A stretch of 60,446 nucleotides of DNA from a virus. Lineage: Duplodnaviria > Caudoviricetes. A model generated the notes under the pieces. The model did not search any database and was not told the origin of the DNA. It saw only the letters and a program-made list of their open reading frames with translations. This document shows, one piece after another, positions 16,714 to 27,510 of the stretch (its first letter is position 1; each line of letters starts with the position of its first letter). A program made the translations under genes and the position numbers. The stretch is from positions 1-60,446 of the IMG/VR virus record IMGVR_UViG_3300023245_000015. One strand, given 5' to 3'.

Positions 16714-19700
16714 TTAAAAATTCCCTAGTGTGTCTTCGACACGGGCTCTGTCTTTCGCAGCCATGCCGCGTTCAGACGTATTGATATTCTTCCATCGAGA
16801 TTTACGCGCTGAACCGATCGACTTGAAGGTTATCCGGTCTCTGAAGTCTTTCTGCTTTTCGTTGAACGCATCAAATTCAGCCCACGCTTCAGCTTCGTCG
16901 ACTTCAGTGCCACGCGCCTCAGCATTCAATATTCGTTTGCGTATCTGTGCAGAACGGTTACTGAGTTTCTTCTTGGCAGAATAAGCAATGTTGCTACGCT
17001 TGAACTCGAGCCCGACTTTAGTCGGAGTGAAACCCAGCGCTTGGCCTGCAATTTCTGTCCTGGTAAACTCTTCAGGATCGAACACAACGGTGCCATCTCG
17101 CTTAACTGAACCTTCATCATAATAAGTGTCCGCTTTTAGCCAATTTTTTAGTGCTACAGGTGAAACCCTCTTCAGTGCGAGGTCACCACGCCCTTCGTCA
17201 AGGTCTTTCCATGCCTTGCCTATGTTAGGCAAAACACCACCCAGGAATGCACCTGAAGCTTCTAAGAGGAAAGCTGGTAATACTTCGTCTGGAAGCAGCT
17301 CTTTGTTCTGATCTCGGTACACCAGGTTCGATAATGATACGCGGTTAGACAATGTCAGTCCAGTCAGCGCATCAATTGGGCCATCCATGATCGCATGTGA
17401 AATTTCTTTGCTGCCGGTCAGCTCAGTCAAGGTGCTACGGATATCACCTTCAACATCATATGGCTCGTCCCCACCACCTTCAGAAAACACATCGGAGATC
17501 ACGCTGGCAATGCCCATCGCCATCCAGATAAACGGCAAGCCGCGGACACCTGACAACAGACCGGTCATTGCCACTGTGCCGATCAAACGGGATGCCGCAG
17601 CTTTTCGATCTTTACCTTTCCAAGTATCAACAAAGTCTCGTCCTAACCGATAGCCGACATTGACGCTGTAATTTTTAAACATGAAGGCTACCCGCCCCAG
17701 GCCTTGCTGCATGACTCTAGGCCGGTTAGTGTTGGAGTAGTCGAAGTGAGCATCCCAGGTTAAATGTTCTGCAGTAAGAATCGCTTCTTCGTGGTTCTGG
17801 TTACGCTCTCGAGCCATTCGGTAGGCTGCAAGCGCCGTGGCTCGTCGGTTATAGACTTCCACATTATGAAACATCAAGGCAGAGTATTTGCTAAATGTCT
17901 CTGCTGCAGAATAAGTGGGACCACTGTCATTCATAGCTCCGATCAAATCGCTAGATTGAGTCTTGTCGAACAGGTAGATTCGAGAAAATTCCCGAAACGC
18001 CGCCTGTTCATCTTCAGTCAGATTAGGGTTATCTTCCAGGCCTATGGTGCGGGGGTCTAATACATGCCCTGATGCTTTACTTAATTCACCTACCGCTTTA
18101 GCGAAACCGCCTACACCGCCACCATGAGCTGCACCCAGGATAGAGGTGCCCATGATCCAGGTTTGCGTACCATTGACAAGCGCTGTTGAGGGGTTAAAGC
18201 CTAAATAAAAGTGGAAACCAAAAGCCATAATCTTAGCTACAATCACCTCGTTGGGTGGATTCATCGCGTATGTATGACGTTTTGTAAACTCTTTTGCAGT
18301 AGCTACAGCCCAAGGATCATCTAAATTGACTTGCTGGGCAGTTTTATTCAAGTCGTGCAAGGTTTTAGTGATTTCATGCGCATATTCCAACTTGGCGATA
18401 GCGTGAGAATTTTTAAACTGATTCACAGTGAACGATCGCAGCGCATCTCCAGAAAAGCCTAGTCGGTTTTTACGATGAATGAACGCTGTGCGAGCGGACA
18501 TCTCGGGCAAAGTTTTTAGATACATTTGCCAGATTTCATCGCGGAGCGATTCGTTTGCATCGGACTTACTCAGTAAATTCTGTACAGATTCCACAAAACC
18601 TGGGTCAACTTTACTCAAGTCAGACAACTCATCTAGACTCACTTCCCCCGATTCAATCACAATACCTTTTTCTTGCCGCCATTGTTCCGCCCAGGACTCC
18701 AGCTCAGCACGAGTGTCGAATTTTGAATACGCTTGGACTTCTCCAGGCTTACCGTCTTCTCCAAGTATTTTTGCCGCAGCCCAATGTTTGCCCGAACGCC
18801 CTAACGAAAAATATGGCCCTTTGATAGACGATGATTCGAACTTCTTTCGCAGCAGATCACGCAGTGCAGTCTTGCTGGCGCCGTCCGCCTCAGATGCAGC
18901 GATACGATTTTCCATGGACTCCAGCACCAAGGCGTGAGCGGCTTCATTAAAGTTCAAAACTTTGCGGAATATTTCTATCGCTTCAGGGTGAGCCTTACCC
19001 AACTTATTGAATTGACCTTGCAGGAACATGTGCTGCTTACGACGAATAGCTTCTTGCTGCAATCGAGTTTCCAGCACCGCAGCTTGTTTGACTTTGTTGT
19101 CGGTTTGTACCCCTTCGCGCAGTTTGGCCAGTTTGGCTTTACTTTGTGCAACATTGATCGATGACACGTATTCGGCTTGAGGATCTGGGTTAGCTCCCGC
19201 CAGGGTGGCAGCATGCATAATGTCTGCTAAACGTTGACCTGCTTCTTTGTTTTTAGAATTAAACTTATGCCAAGGTTTGACAATCTTCTCAATTTCTTGC
19301 TCTAGCTCGGCTTTCCGACCTTCCATTCTGTAGTGTAAATCCAGGTGTTCTTTGCCTATTTTGGCCATCACACCATCAAGAAAATCCACTAACGCACGAC
19401 GCGGTACAACATCTAATGTGGCTTTCCGTGCAGCTTCAGTCATCGTTGACCAGGCGTTCTTTACCGCACCTACGTCGACCATCTCTTCTTGTGTGGAACC
19501 TCTCAATTTCAGAATTCGAGACTCAGAACTAGAAGGGTTTTCATTAATTGTGTCGACTTCTTTTTCGGTCAAGTTGAAGCGAGTTTGGATATCTTTCTTA
19601 GCAGCCGTTGCTTCTGCTGTTCGGCTGTTTTGAGCCTTCGTTTCGGCTGCTTCACGGCGCTCTGTCTGACGCTTGGTCTCTGTGTCCCGTATAGCGTTAG

Positions 19701-19950
19701 CTTCGCCCAGCTTGCTGTAACGGGTACCTGTGGTGATGCTACGCGTATCTCCGAGCTGTTTTTCAATTTGCTGGACTATGCTGTTACGTTCTATGGCAAT
19801 CAGCCCCAAGTACTCATCGATAGCTTTATTCGCGGCCTCTGTGCTGGTCATGCCGTCTGAGACATAATCCTGCTGTATCTCTCGAATAGCGTCGGCATCA
19901 GACTTATCTAAGGCCTTACCAGCTTTTCGGATGCATGTCGCTAAACTCAT
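16714..19950 (-). CDS. PLxRFG-type large polyvalent/internal virion protein
   Basis: GPYFSLGRSG (PLxRFG variant), IHRK.R.GFS.DALR.F, HFDYSN.NRPR; start moved to MSLATCIRKAG. Confidence 0.75.
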   Translation of the reverse strand: MSLATCIRKAGKALDKSDADAIREIQQDYVSDGMTSTEAANKAIDEYLGLIAIERNSIVQQIEKQLGDTRSITTGTRYSKLGEANAIRDTETKRQTERREAAETKAQNSRTAEATAAKKDIQTRFNLTEKEVDTINENPSSSESRILKLRGSTQEEMVDVGAVKNAWSTMTEAARKATLDVVPRRALVDFLDGVMAKIGKEHLDLHYRMEGRKAELEQEIEKIVKPWHKFNSKNKEAGQRLADIMHAATLAGANPDPQAEYVSSINVAQSKAKLAKLREGVQTDNKVKQAAVLETRLQQEAIRRKQHMFLQGQFNKLGKAHPEAIEIFRKVLNFNEAAHALVLESMENRIAASEADGASKTALRDLLRKKFESSSIKGPYFSLGRSGKHWAAAKILGEDGKPGEVQAYSKFDTRAELESWAEQWRQEKGIVIESGEVSLDELSDLSKVDPGFVESVQNLLSKSDANESLRDEIWQMYLKTLPEMSARTAFIHRKNRLGFSGDALRSFTVNQFKNSHAIAKLEYAHEITKTLHDLNKTAQQVNLDDPWAVATAKEFTKRHTYAMNPPNEVIVAKIMAFGFHFYLGFNPSTALVNGTQTWIMGTSILGAAHGGGVGGFAKAVGELSKASGHVLDPRTIGLEDNPNLTEDEQAAFREFSRIYLFDKTQSSDLIGAMNDSGPTYSAAETFSKYSALMFHNVEVYNRRATALAAYRMARERNQNHEEAILTAEHLTWDAHFDYSNTNRPRVMQQGLGRVAFMFKNYSVNVGYRLGRDFVDTWKGKDRKAAASRLIGTVAMTGLLSGVRGLPFIWMAMGIASVISDVFSEGGGDEPYDVEGDIRSTLTELTGSKEISHAIMDGPIDALTGLTLSNRVSLSNLVYRDQNKELLPDEVLPAFLLEASGAFLGGVLPNIGKAWKDLDEGRGDLALKRVSPVALKNWLKADTYYDEGSVKRDGTVVFDPEEFTRTEIAGQALGFTPTKVGLEFKRSNIAYSAKKKLSNRSAQIRKRILNAEARGTEVDEAEAWAEFDAFNEKQKDFRDRITFKSIGSARKSRWKNINTSERGMAAKDRARVEDTLGNF

Positions 19951-20054
19951 TGTGATTCCATAAGCTGCAATGCAGCCATTATAATTATCATCAGCTCTTC
20001 GTCCTCTCGCATTAACCAACCATATCCTACTTGCTGTAAATCACTCGAATCCAC
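19947..20054 (-). CDS. 35-aa peptide (not in the track)
   Basis: GAGGTG RBS, GTG start, MDSSDLQQVGYGWLMREDEELMIIIMAALQLMESQ, ATGA-coupled to the PLxRFG gene. Confidence 0.5.
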   Translation of the reverse strand: MDSSDLQQVGYGWLMREDEELMIIIMAALQLMESQ

Positions 20055-20394
20055 TATATTTCACCTCTACGCTTTCAATCATGCCTCGATCGTCACGTTT
20101 AACACGAAATGTTGTTGCTCTAGATGTGTTCACTGGTGTAGCTTGTTCGTTATTAATGGACATCGATTTTAATTGAACAGCCATCTGCTTAATCAATTCA
20201 GCATTTTGTTCTAGAATTTTATGTATCACCTTATCGTCGATATTGTTCACAACCATATTTGTGGTCGGCGCCTGCTTTGTTTCAGGCTCGATTGAAGCGG
20301 GTCTAAGATTAGACAGACTGCGCTTAGGTTGCTCTCCCGCGATTAGTCCTTCGCTAGCCATCTGATCTCTTTGTGCCTGGGTGATCATTGTCAT
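20041..20394 (-). CDS. hypothetical virion-associated protein
   Basis: C-terminal F.VKRDDRG.IE motif. Confidence 0.6.
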   Translation of the reverse strand: MTMITQAQRDQMASEGLIAGEQPKRSLSNLRPASIEPETKQAPTTNMVVNNIDDKVIHKILEQNAELIKQMAVQLKSMSINNEQATPVNTSRATTFRVKRDDRGMIESVEVKYSGFE

Positions 20395-20395
20395 T

Positions 20396-23300
20396 TTATA
20401 AACAAGCCTTTAATTTTTTACAAATATCCACTCGCTTGTCGATCTGGCGTATTGCAACATCGGCTCTAGCCCATATCTTGACTGTTTCTCCAGTCTCTGC
20501 AACGATGGCATCGGTGGTCACGGTGACCTTATTTAGCGGCTTGCCACGTAAGGCCTTGCTGGTTTCACGGATAAGTGACTTGATGTCTGCATCAGTCCAC
20601 TGTTTAGTCAGCCCTAACTTACGAAGCTGTTTGCGAACAAAGTCTATCACCTTTTGCAAGATGGGTGAATCTAACCCGTCTTCAGCTAATTTAGCGATAT
20701 ATTCTTCCGTGGCTTCGAGTCGTTCCTCAGCATTTGTTATGTCCAAGTCGTATTTTTCTACGATCTCTTTGAATCCAGCCTGATTCTCAAGACCACCCTG
20801 TATTTCAGTCAATAAACCGTCTAGATCAGGGATAGTCTTACGCAAACCGGTATGAACCACAGTCTCGTGCAAGAAGGTTTTGACAACATCTGCTTCTGTC
20901 GCATGCCGAGCAGCAAAGATATGCACCTTACCATCATGGAAAACACCTTTCGAGTTCTCACGACCTTCCGCTTTCAACGCATCCTGTAGTGCTTGAGGTG
21001 CTTCTGAGAGCGAGCCGTAGATTGCTACTGTGTCATTGCTCAGAGCTTTCATCTCGTCCTGTAGTGGCTTAACTGCAGCCTGAGCCTTATCCACCGACAC
21101 ACCTTTTGGTGGTTCCGCAGCATCTGGTGTATTACTCAGCAAATCACCAGAGTCTTTAAAGTCTGGGTCGAATGCTGCGTTTGTGGATCTAATATTAACA
21201 GAGTCAAAAATAAGCACTTCACTGCCTATATCAATACCGTCAAACCCTTTGGCTTTTAATGCGTCATTGATTATTGTTTTTCTTTCTTTATACCCGCTAG
21301 CAGCTTCAATTTTTTTGGCTAACTTTTTCTCAAGTTTGGCTATGTCTTCATTGCTTGCCAGCCTGCCTCTAATTATAACTTGAACGACATTGGCTCCAGA
21401 CCCATCAGAAAACCCTCCAGCTTTCTCAGCGTTTTCTGTCAAATAAACGCCCTCGCCTAGTAATCCAAAGGTTTCTGTAAAAACTCTAAACTTTGAAAAT
21501 GTATTTTGGGTGCCGTGATATAAAATCTTCCCGATATTAAATTTTAGTTTTTTAGCACGTTTCATCCGTGCAGGCTTGTCCATTGGCAGGCCTTTCTCTT
21601 TAGCTCTCAACCACTCAACGGATTCACCCTTATCATTGCCTTCATAGCCCTCTCTCTTTGACTTGGTGAGTGAGAACCGTGTAGGTCGCTGCATCTTCTC
21701 TTCATATGCTTGACCTTTCTCCCGCAATACCTCTGCATCGGTTTTAGGGGCTGGAAGTGCTAACTCCTGCTGACCTTTAGTTTCTTTCGGTTTTGCATCG
21801 AAATCCAGACTCTGTTGCTCTTCAGTGTTTTTAAGTTCGACTGATTCATCAACAGGTAATTTGGTATTGGACTGCTTCACCCAGGTTTTAAACTCGGCAA
21901 TCGTCATCTCTGTGACAGGCCCAGTCTTCCAACCATCTTCATAGTTACGCTTATAATTTAACTTGGCAGTCTTGAGGTTGTTAAAGCCCATCATGACTTT
22001 ATGTTCGTCAAATGTACCGTCTTTCTGATCAATCTGGTCGATTACAAAGACTTTATCTGACTCGAGATTGTTACCGGTGAAGACATCGATCGCATCACCA
22101 TCAGCACCTTCCGTTCGCTTTAATGAACCATAATGATTCTTCATCTTGACAGACCACTTCTTGCCATCCGCGTTTACACCGGATCGTTCAGAGCCTTTAG
22201 GGTTCTCGATCTCAATGTCTAGCCCCTGAACCTCGATCTGACCTTTCTTGTAGTCACCCGATTCCAACACTTTTTGTGATGGGATCGGTAGCTCATTTAA
22301 GGGTGATGTGGCTGCTTCATTGGCAGCTGCATCTACTTTAGCTTTCTTAGCCTTTGCCAGCTCCATCGCTTCCTGCATAGGCGTCAGAGGTTTAGTCTCA
22401 GGGACTATCTCGGTGGCAGACTCGGTAATAGATTGTTCATTCTTTTGTTTTACTGCCTTATCAAAGTCCGTATCTTTTTCAGCTTCACGCTTTGCATATG
22501 CTGCATCTGTTTCATTTTCGCGCTGCACTAAAATCTTGCCGGCTTCATACCTTTCGGCTGCTTCAAACTGAGTCATATCGATCGGTTCAGAGCTTTTCCC
22601 AGATGGGTTATTTAATGTCTCATATTCAGAATTTGCTTGATCCAGTGTGATTTCTTCTAAGACAAGTCTTTTTACAATTGAACTGAGAGTAGATGATTGC
22701 TCGTCTGATACGTCTGTAATGTTTTCGCCAAGCGACAACAGCTTACCAATAAACTGTCTTGATTCAGGAGTGCCTATGTACGGTCTTTTGCCATCTTCAG
22801 TTTCCGCTTCATTTCTATTTATGTCCTTCGCGTCAGCCATATCGCCTTCTAAATTCAATATGGTATCTGTCTTTTTCCCGGTTCCTTCTGACTCGCGTTT
22901 AATAAAAACGCCATTTCCTGTTTGCGATATACGGACTGAACCTACCCCTTCAGTCACCGTTTCAAAGAATTCACCGTTAGCGTTTTCGCCTTTTTTAACT
23001 AAAGCGTCTAACACTCCGCTTCCTGCCTCGTCCTTCGCAGGTTCAGTAGTGTCAAGTTGCTGCCCGTCAGCTAAAGCACCTTCAGAGCTGGCCCATTCAG
23101 GCAGCAAGCCTATTTTCTGGTCGGCATAAATAGTATTTTCGCTAGATGCGGTACGGTTCTGTTCACCAAAAGGTCCGAAGTTCACCCACGAGTTTTGACC
23201 ACGAGTTTCAGTGGTCATGGCACGTCGCGCTAAATCAGAGTACATCCCTGCATGAGCCTGCCAGGCGTTCTCTTCACCTTCTGCTCGAAAACCTACTCCG

Positions 23301-25108
23301 TTTTTTACATGGCCAAAATAATCATGGACCACTCGGAAGATGTCATTCGCCAAAGCTGGCTGTCCGCTAATCTGGAATTCAGTCTCTGCCAGTAAGGGGT
23401 TATTTGACGGGTCAAATGTTTGGTCAGAACCAAAACCACCTTCTGCTTTTGTAGAATAAACGTATAGGTGATTGTTTTCGGTGACATCTTTAATGGCTTC
23501 ACTGGGGCTCGCATAAGGATTCTCGTCTTGGATAAATTCAATCTTAAGCCCACTAGCAACTATAGATTTATATTGATCTAGAGTTTCTGTAATCAATGCC
23601 TCATAAGCTTCTTTGACTATGGGGTCATTAGGCGTGTGTTCTAATTGCTCAAATGCTTCCGCAATTCGTACAGAAAACTCTTTGTCTATTTTTTTGTATT
23701 GCGTAAGTTCTGGCTTACCTAAACCAGTACGTTGACGGTATTCGTCTGCTACATTTATAGCTGTCTGATTAGGCTTAAAGGTTTTGGATGTAGGTGCACC
23801 ACTGAGTTGCTGCATTCCGCGGGTAAGCGGGAATGGTGCATTAACGTCTTTGCGTTTTTCTGCCAAGCCTGGAATTGATAATGTTTCTGTAACAGGATTT
23901 TGCAGATCGTTGATTCGTTGTTCGAGAGCATCCCCGACTAATAGTGCATTTTCACTAGTGTCTGCTTGGTCTTGAGCAATCAACTGTTCTCTAGTTAATA
24001 GTACCGGATTACCGTTTTCGTCGACTGTAGTGCCAAATCCAATGTTTGGGTCTTTACGGGGATCAACCTTTGCTGCAGCATTTATCTGGTCTAGTGCATC
24101 CCCACCCCCTGCTGCGGACTCGTTCATCGCCTCTTGCTGGGCGTTGTCTAGACCGTCGGCAATTTCATCCGGCGTGTCAGACAGGTTTTTCTTACCTAAC
24201 TGGCGCCCTGCAGCTATACCTGCCGGCGCATCAAACAGTAAGCCGCCGGCTGTGGCTTCGGCCATACCGCGAGTCCAGTCTATGTCAGCATCAACATAGG
24301 CTTGATCGATCAGGTTACCGACAACTGTATCGACATTTTCTGTCAAAACTTCGGTGCCAGTAAACTTCAATATCGCTGTCATGGCGTTGGTTTTAATTGT
24401 CTGGGTAGCGGCAAAACCCATACCGGCGGATGCAGCACCTAGTGGAATAGAAGCCGCATTAATGACAACTTCTGCACCAGTTTTTAGTAGCGCATAGTCT
24501 CTTGCACCATCCTCGTCGCCACCATTTCGTTCTAGTTCATCATAGTAGTTTTGACCCGTGCTTTGAGCCATCAAGGCTAATGAGCCACCGATCATGGCAC
24601 CGATCATGGTGCCGACTACAGGTACAGTTGAACCAACTAAACCACCTGTCGCTGCGCCTGCTAAGAAAGGTGCAGACCCTGGAAGAAGTGCAGCAGCTGT
24701 GTTTTTCCACCAACCCCCATCAAAAAGCATGTTACCGAATTGTTCTAATCCTTCATTACCATATAAGCTTTCATAGGCCTTGATTTTGGAGTCTTCTTCA
24801 AATGCGGCTCCAGTTTCTAGCAAACTGGCCTCTACTTCATCAAAGCCCAGAGCCCCCGCTGCCAACGCGCCAGTCTCTGCAAAACCACCAATAACACCCG
24901 AGGTAGCAGCACCCATACGTTCAAAGAACCCAGGGTCTTCCTCTTCTACGGGTTGTTCTTTTTCTTCATACCCATATGTATCTAAAAAACTAAAACCTTT
25001 AGACGAATCAATACTAGGCTCTGAATAGTTTTCACTGGGGCTAAAACTAGTGTCTTCATCTTCTTCATACCCATATATATCTAAAAAACTAAAATTTGTA
25101 TCGGCCAT
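20396..25108 (-). CDS. large polyvalent protein (HDYFGH domain, InPase-like, ADP-ribosyltransferase, metallopeptidase)
   Basis: NDIFRVVHDYFGH; GDYKKG..IENPKGS.RSG...GADGDAIDVF...FDEHKVM.GF; LYHGT...GVYLT; FLHETVVHTGLR. Confidence 0.8.
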   Translation of the reverse strand: MADTNFSFLDIYGYEEDEDTSFSPSENYSEPSIDSSKGFSFLDTYGYEEKEQPVEEEDPGFFERMGAATSGVIGGFAETGALAAGALGFDEVEASLLETGAAFEEDSKIKAYESLYGNEGLEQFGNMLFDGGWWKNTAAALLPGSAPFLAGAATGGLVGSTVPVVGTMIGAMIGGSLALMAQSTGQNYYDELERNGGDEDGARDYALLKTGAEVVINAASIPLGAASAGMGFAATQTIKTNAMTAILKFTGTEVLTENVDTVVGNLIDQAYVDADIDWTRGMAEATAGGLLFDAPAGIAAGRQLGKKNLSDTPDEIADGLDNAQQEAMNESAAGGGDALDQINAAAKVDPRKDPNIGFGTTVDENGNPVLLTREQLIAQDQADTSENALLVGDALEQRINDLQNPVTETLSIPGLAEKRKDVNAPFPLTRGMQQLSGAPTSKTFKPNQTAINVADEYRQRTGLGKPELTQYKKIDKEFSVRIAEAFEQLEHTPNDPIVKEAYEALITETLDQYKSIVASGLKIEFIQDENPYASPSEAIKDVTENNHLYVYSTKAEGGFGSDQTFDPSNNPLLAETEFQISGQPALANDIFRVVHDYFGHVKNGVGFRAEGEENAWQAHAGMYSDLARRAMTTETRGQNSWVNFGPFGEQNRTASSENTIYADQKIGLLPEWASSEGALADGQQLDTTEPAKDEAGSGVLDALVKKGENANGEFFETVTEGVGSVRISQTGNGVFIKRESEGTGKKTDTILNLEGDMADAKDINRNEAETEDGKRPYIGTPESRQFIGKLLSLGENITDVSDEQSSTLSSIVKRLVLEEITLDQANSEYETLNNPSGKSSEPIDMTQFEAAERYEAGKILVQRENETDAAYAKREAEKDTDFDKAVKQKNEQSITESATEIVPETKPLTPMQEAMELAKAKKAKVDAAANEAATSPLNELPIPSQKVLESGDYKKGQIEVQGLDIEIENPKGSERSGVNADGKKWSVKMKNHYGSLKRTEGADGDAIDVFTGNNLESDKVFVIDQIDQKDGTFDEHKVMMGFNNLKTAKLNYKRNYEDGWKTGPVTEMTIAEFKTWVKQSNTKLPVDESVELKNTEEQQSLDFDAKPKETKGQQELALPAPKTDAEVLREKGQAYEEKMQRPTRFSLTKSKREGYEGNDKGESVEWLRAKEKGLPMDKPARMKRAKKLKFNIGKILYHGTQNTFSKFRVFTETFGLLGEGVYLTENAEKAGGFSDGSGANVVQVIIRGRLASNEDIAKLEKKLAKKIEAASGYKERKTIINDALKAKGFDGIDIGSEVLIFDSVNIRSTNAAFDPDFKDSGDLLSNTPDAAEPPKGVSVDKAQAAVKPLQDEMKALSNDTVAIYGSLSEAPQALQDALKAEGRENSKGVFHDGKVHIFAARHATEADVVKTFLHETVVHTGLRKTIPDLDGLLTEIQGGLENQAGFKEIVEKYDLDITNAEERLEATEEYIAKLAEDGLDSPILQKVIDFVRKQLRKLGLTKQWTDADIKSLIRETSKALRGKPLNKVTVTTDAIVAETGETVKIWARADVAIRQIDKRVDICKKLKACL

Positions 25109-25119
25109 GAAAAATTGCC

Positions 25120-26124
25120 TTATGCTTGTAGAGAGGCTATTGCTCGTTTAACGAGTTCGTCATTTTTATCTGATCCGGTCGGGAGTGCTAACTTTAAATC
25201 GGCAAGAGTTAGCGCTTTAAGTGGTGCTAAGCCTCCACCTGACTGTATGGCTTCTCCTACTCGACTACGTGCTCGAGCCACGCTCAGTGCGTTCTTGACA
25301 GGGGTTCCTATTGATTCATTAAAGCTATCTGTTATCGCTCTTGCAGGCACTCCAACTACCTCATCTAGCGAAGCCCTATATTTTTTGTCAGAAGCTTTGT
25401 CTACTGCTGTAGTTTTTACTGCTTCAGGTTTATCATTTGAAGGACTAACTACTTCAGGTTTATCATTTGAAGGACTAACTGTGCTATCGTCGGATGCAAA
25501 AACATGTTTATCCACATATATTTTAGGCACATACCCATATTCGGATTGAAACGTAGATGCTAGCTCTGGAGATTCCATTAATCGATCTACGGCTGCTTGA
25601 GGTGCGGTTTTACCCTCAGTCTGCTGGGGTGAACCAGGGAGCCAATATTTAGTGCCTTCTAATTCGTAAGCATTTCCTAACCCGTCAAACAGGATAGTCA
25701 CTAACCGATCTCCATCTTTACCTGCAACAGTATCAGTTCTTAGCGTAAATTTAGTCTTACCACTTTGCCCCGCTACACGTTCACGACTAGTGTTTTGTGA
25801 GTCTGTAACGGCTTGACGCCCTGCTATCTCAGCCGCAGATTGGGTTTCCTTACCTGTCGCCAGAAGCGCTGCCGCAGCTATCTCTGCCTTGTTTTTAGTT
25901 TCAAAAGCGGTTGCGTCAGTGCCAATTTTAGTTTCAACCGCTTCAGCAATTACCCCTTCCCGTCGTACACCTTCTTCCGTCACGAGTTTAGCACGAAACC
26001 TTTCTTTGGCAATATCTCGAGCTTCATCCAAATCGGCTCGTTCGTTTTCACGAGCATTTTTTGCTTCAGAGATTAGGCCTTGACCCAAACCCCCTAAAGC
26101 TCCCAAAAATCCGGCACTAGCCAT
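25120..26124 (-). CDS. putative internal virion (ejection) protein
   Basis: Gly-rich N-terminus then a charged helix; position in the operon. Confidence 0.6.
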   Translation of the reverse strand: MASAGFLGALGGLGQGLISEAKNARENERADLDEARDIAKERFRAKLVTEEGVRREGVIAEAVETKIGTDATAFETKNKAEIAAAALLATGKETQSAAEIAGRQAVTDSQNTSRERVAGQSGKTKFTLRTDTVAGKDGDRLVTILFDGLGNAYELEGTKYWLPGSPQQTEGKTAPQAAVDRLMESPELASTFQSEYGYVPKIYVDKHVFASDDSTVSPSNDKPEVVSPSNDKPEAVKTTAVDKASDKKYRASLDEVVGVPARAITDSFNESIGTPVKNALSVARARSRVGEAIQSGGGLAPLKALTLADLKLALPTGSDKNDELVKRAIASLQA

Positions 26125-26731
26125 TGGACAACTCCTGATATTTTGTTTCAGCTTGCTTCTTTTCTACATCAGACATGCCTTCAGATAAAAAGTCATAGTC
26201 TTCTTGCATAGTGGGTTCATCTCCATAAGCAGTCATCATGCCTTCCCATGAAGCAAGGGCTATTTGCTCAATTTCTTTTTCATTAAATTCTTTGCCCGCT
26301 GATTCAGCCAGGTCGATAAGCCGGTCTGCTGCTTCCATAGTGACTTGATAGATAACACCTTCGTCCATGTTAATCTTATCGTCCATAGAAGTCACTAGTG
26401 ATAGTACTGCTTTTACAGTACTCCCGACCTTATCCTCAGTATCAATCATTCCAACCAAAGCTTCACTCGTTTTTTCATTTGAATACAAGGTGTCACTAAG
26501 TTCAGCCATAACACGCTCAAACTCTTCTTGTTCTTGTGGGCTTACTTCTCCAGTAGGTCCAACATTTGGTTCCTCTGCTCCAGGAGCCATAGGTGCTTGC
26601 GCTTGCGGAGCCATAGGTGCTTGCGCTTGCGGAGCCATAGGTGCTTGCGCTTGCGGAGCCATAGGTGCTTGCGCTTGCGGAGCCATAGGTGCTTGCGCTT
26701 GTGGCTGAGCTTGCATATCCATCTCACTCAT
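26117..26731 (-). CDS. hypothetical virion protein with QAQAPMAP repeats
   Basis: 204-aa ORF coupled to its neighbours. Confidence 0.65.
   Translation of the reverse strand: MSEMDMQAQPQAQAPMAPQAQAPMAPQAQAPMAPQAQAPMAPQAQAPMAPGAEEPNVGPTGEVSPQEQEEFERVMAELSDTLYSNEKTSEALVGMIDTEDKVGSTVKAVLSLVTSMDDKINMDEGVIYQVTMEAADRLIDLAESAGKEFNEKEIEQIALASWEGMMTAYGDEPTMQEDYDFLSEGMSDVEKKQAETKYQELSNG
26583..26702. repeat. 24-bp tandem repeat x5
   Basis: GGAGCCATAGGTGCTTGCGCTTGC; copies identical except the last base. Confidence 0.95.
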
Positions 26732-27507
26732 TATCCGGTTGCTCCTTGAAAGTTAGGGTTAAATCGTCTTGGATCTAATGGTTTAGCATTGGTGTTTGCA
26801 TCGATTACTTGAGGCATGTTATCTGTCCAAGTCGTTCTATCCGCTGCTTCTTGATCCAGACGTGCTTGTTCTTGTTCTGCTATCAGTCTGGCCTGAGCAT
26901 AACCGGAGGCTGCATTGCCTACCAGGTTCATCCCTGTTGGTGATTTTGCAAAGTTCCATGCAGCAGGCCCAACACTGCCTGCAGCATTTGAAGCAGTTTG
27001 TAGCGGAGCTGCTGCGGCAGATTTAGCTAGATCCGCAGCTTTACTTAAAAATCCGCCCCCTGTCGTGGTTGCTGCGGTGTTAAGCCCTGCGGCTGTCGGG
27101 CTTGCTGCTGCTTGAGCCGCACTAGAAATTGTAGGTGCTACTGGGCCCACGGTACCTGTAAGTCCTTGAGTGGTTTTGCCTAGTACATCTAAATTCACAC
27201 CAGATGGAGCTATTGCGGGATTAACCGGAGCCGCGCCACTTTTACCTACTAGTGCAAGCGCGAATTCTTTACCACCTGCCACTAACTGCGTGAATAGATT
27301 TCCACCGGCTGCACCAGCAGCACTAAAGGCCCCCGCCCCTGCTATGAGTGCTGTACCTAGTGTGAACACGGTCAAACCAATCATCAAGATTTTGCCGATC
27401 TTGCTGCTCATGATTTTACCGACAAATTTGCCGACCTTTTTAAAGACCTTCTTTACGCCCCGGGCAATCTTTTTAAAGAATTTTCCGACTGATTTAAATA
27501 TTCCCAT
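26731..27507 (-). CDS. putative ejection/pilot protein
   Basis: Basic amphipathic MGIFKSVGKFFKK start, Gly/Ala-rich. Confidence 0.6.
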   Translation of the reverse strand: MGIFKSVGKFFKKIARGVKKVFKKVGKFVGKIMSSKIGKILMIGLTVFTLGTALIAGAGAFSAAGAAGGNLFTQLVAGGKEFALALVGKSGAAPVNPAIAPSGVNLDVLGKTTQGLTGTVGPVAPTISSAAQAAASPTAAGLNTAATTTGGGFLSKAADLAKSAAAAPLQTASNAAGSVGPAAWNFAKSPTGMNLVGNAASGYAQARLIAEQEQARLDQEAADRTTWTDNMPQVIDANTNAKPLDPRRFNPNFQGATG

Positions 27508-27510
27508 GGA

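Noticed and set aside
26528-26749. RSHRCLRL and RKRKHLWL repeat ORFs
   Set aside because: Alternative-frame readings of the 24-bp repeat inside a real gene
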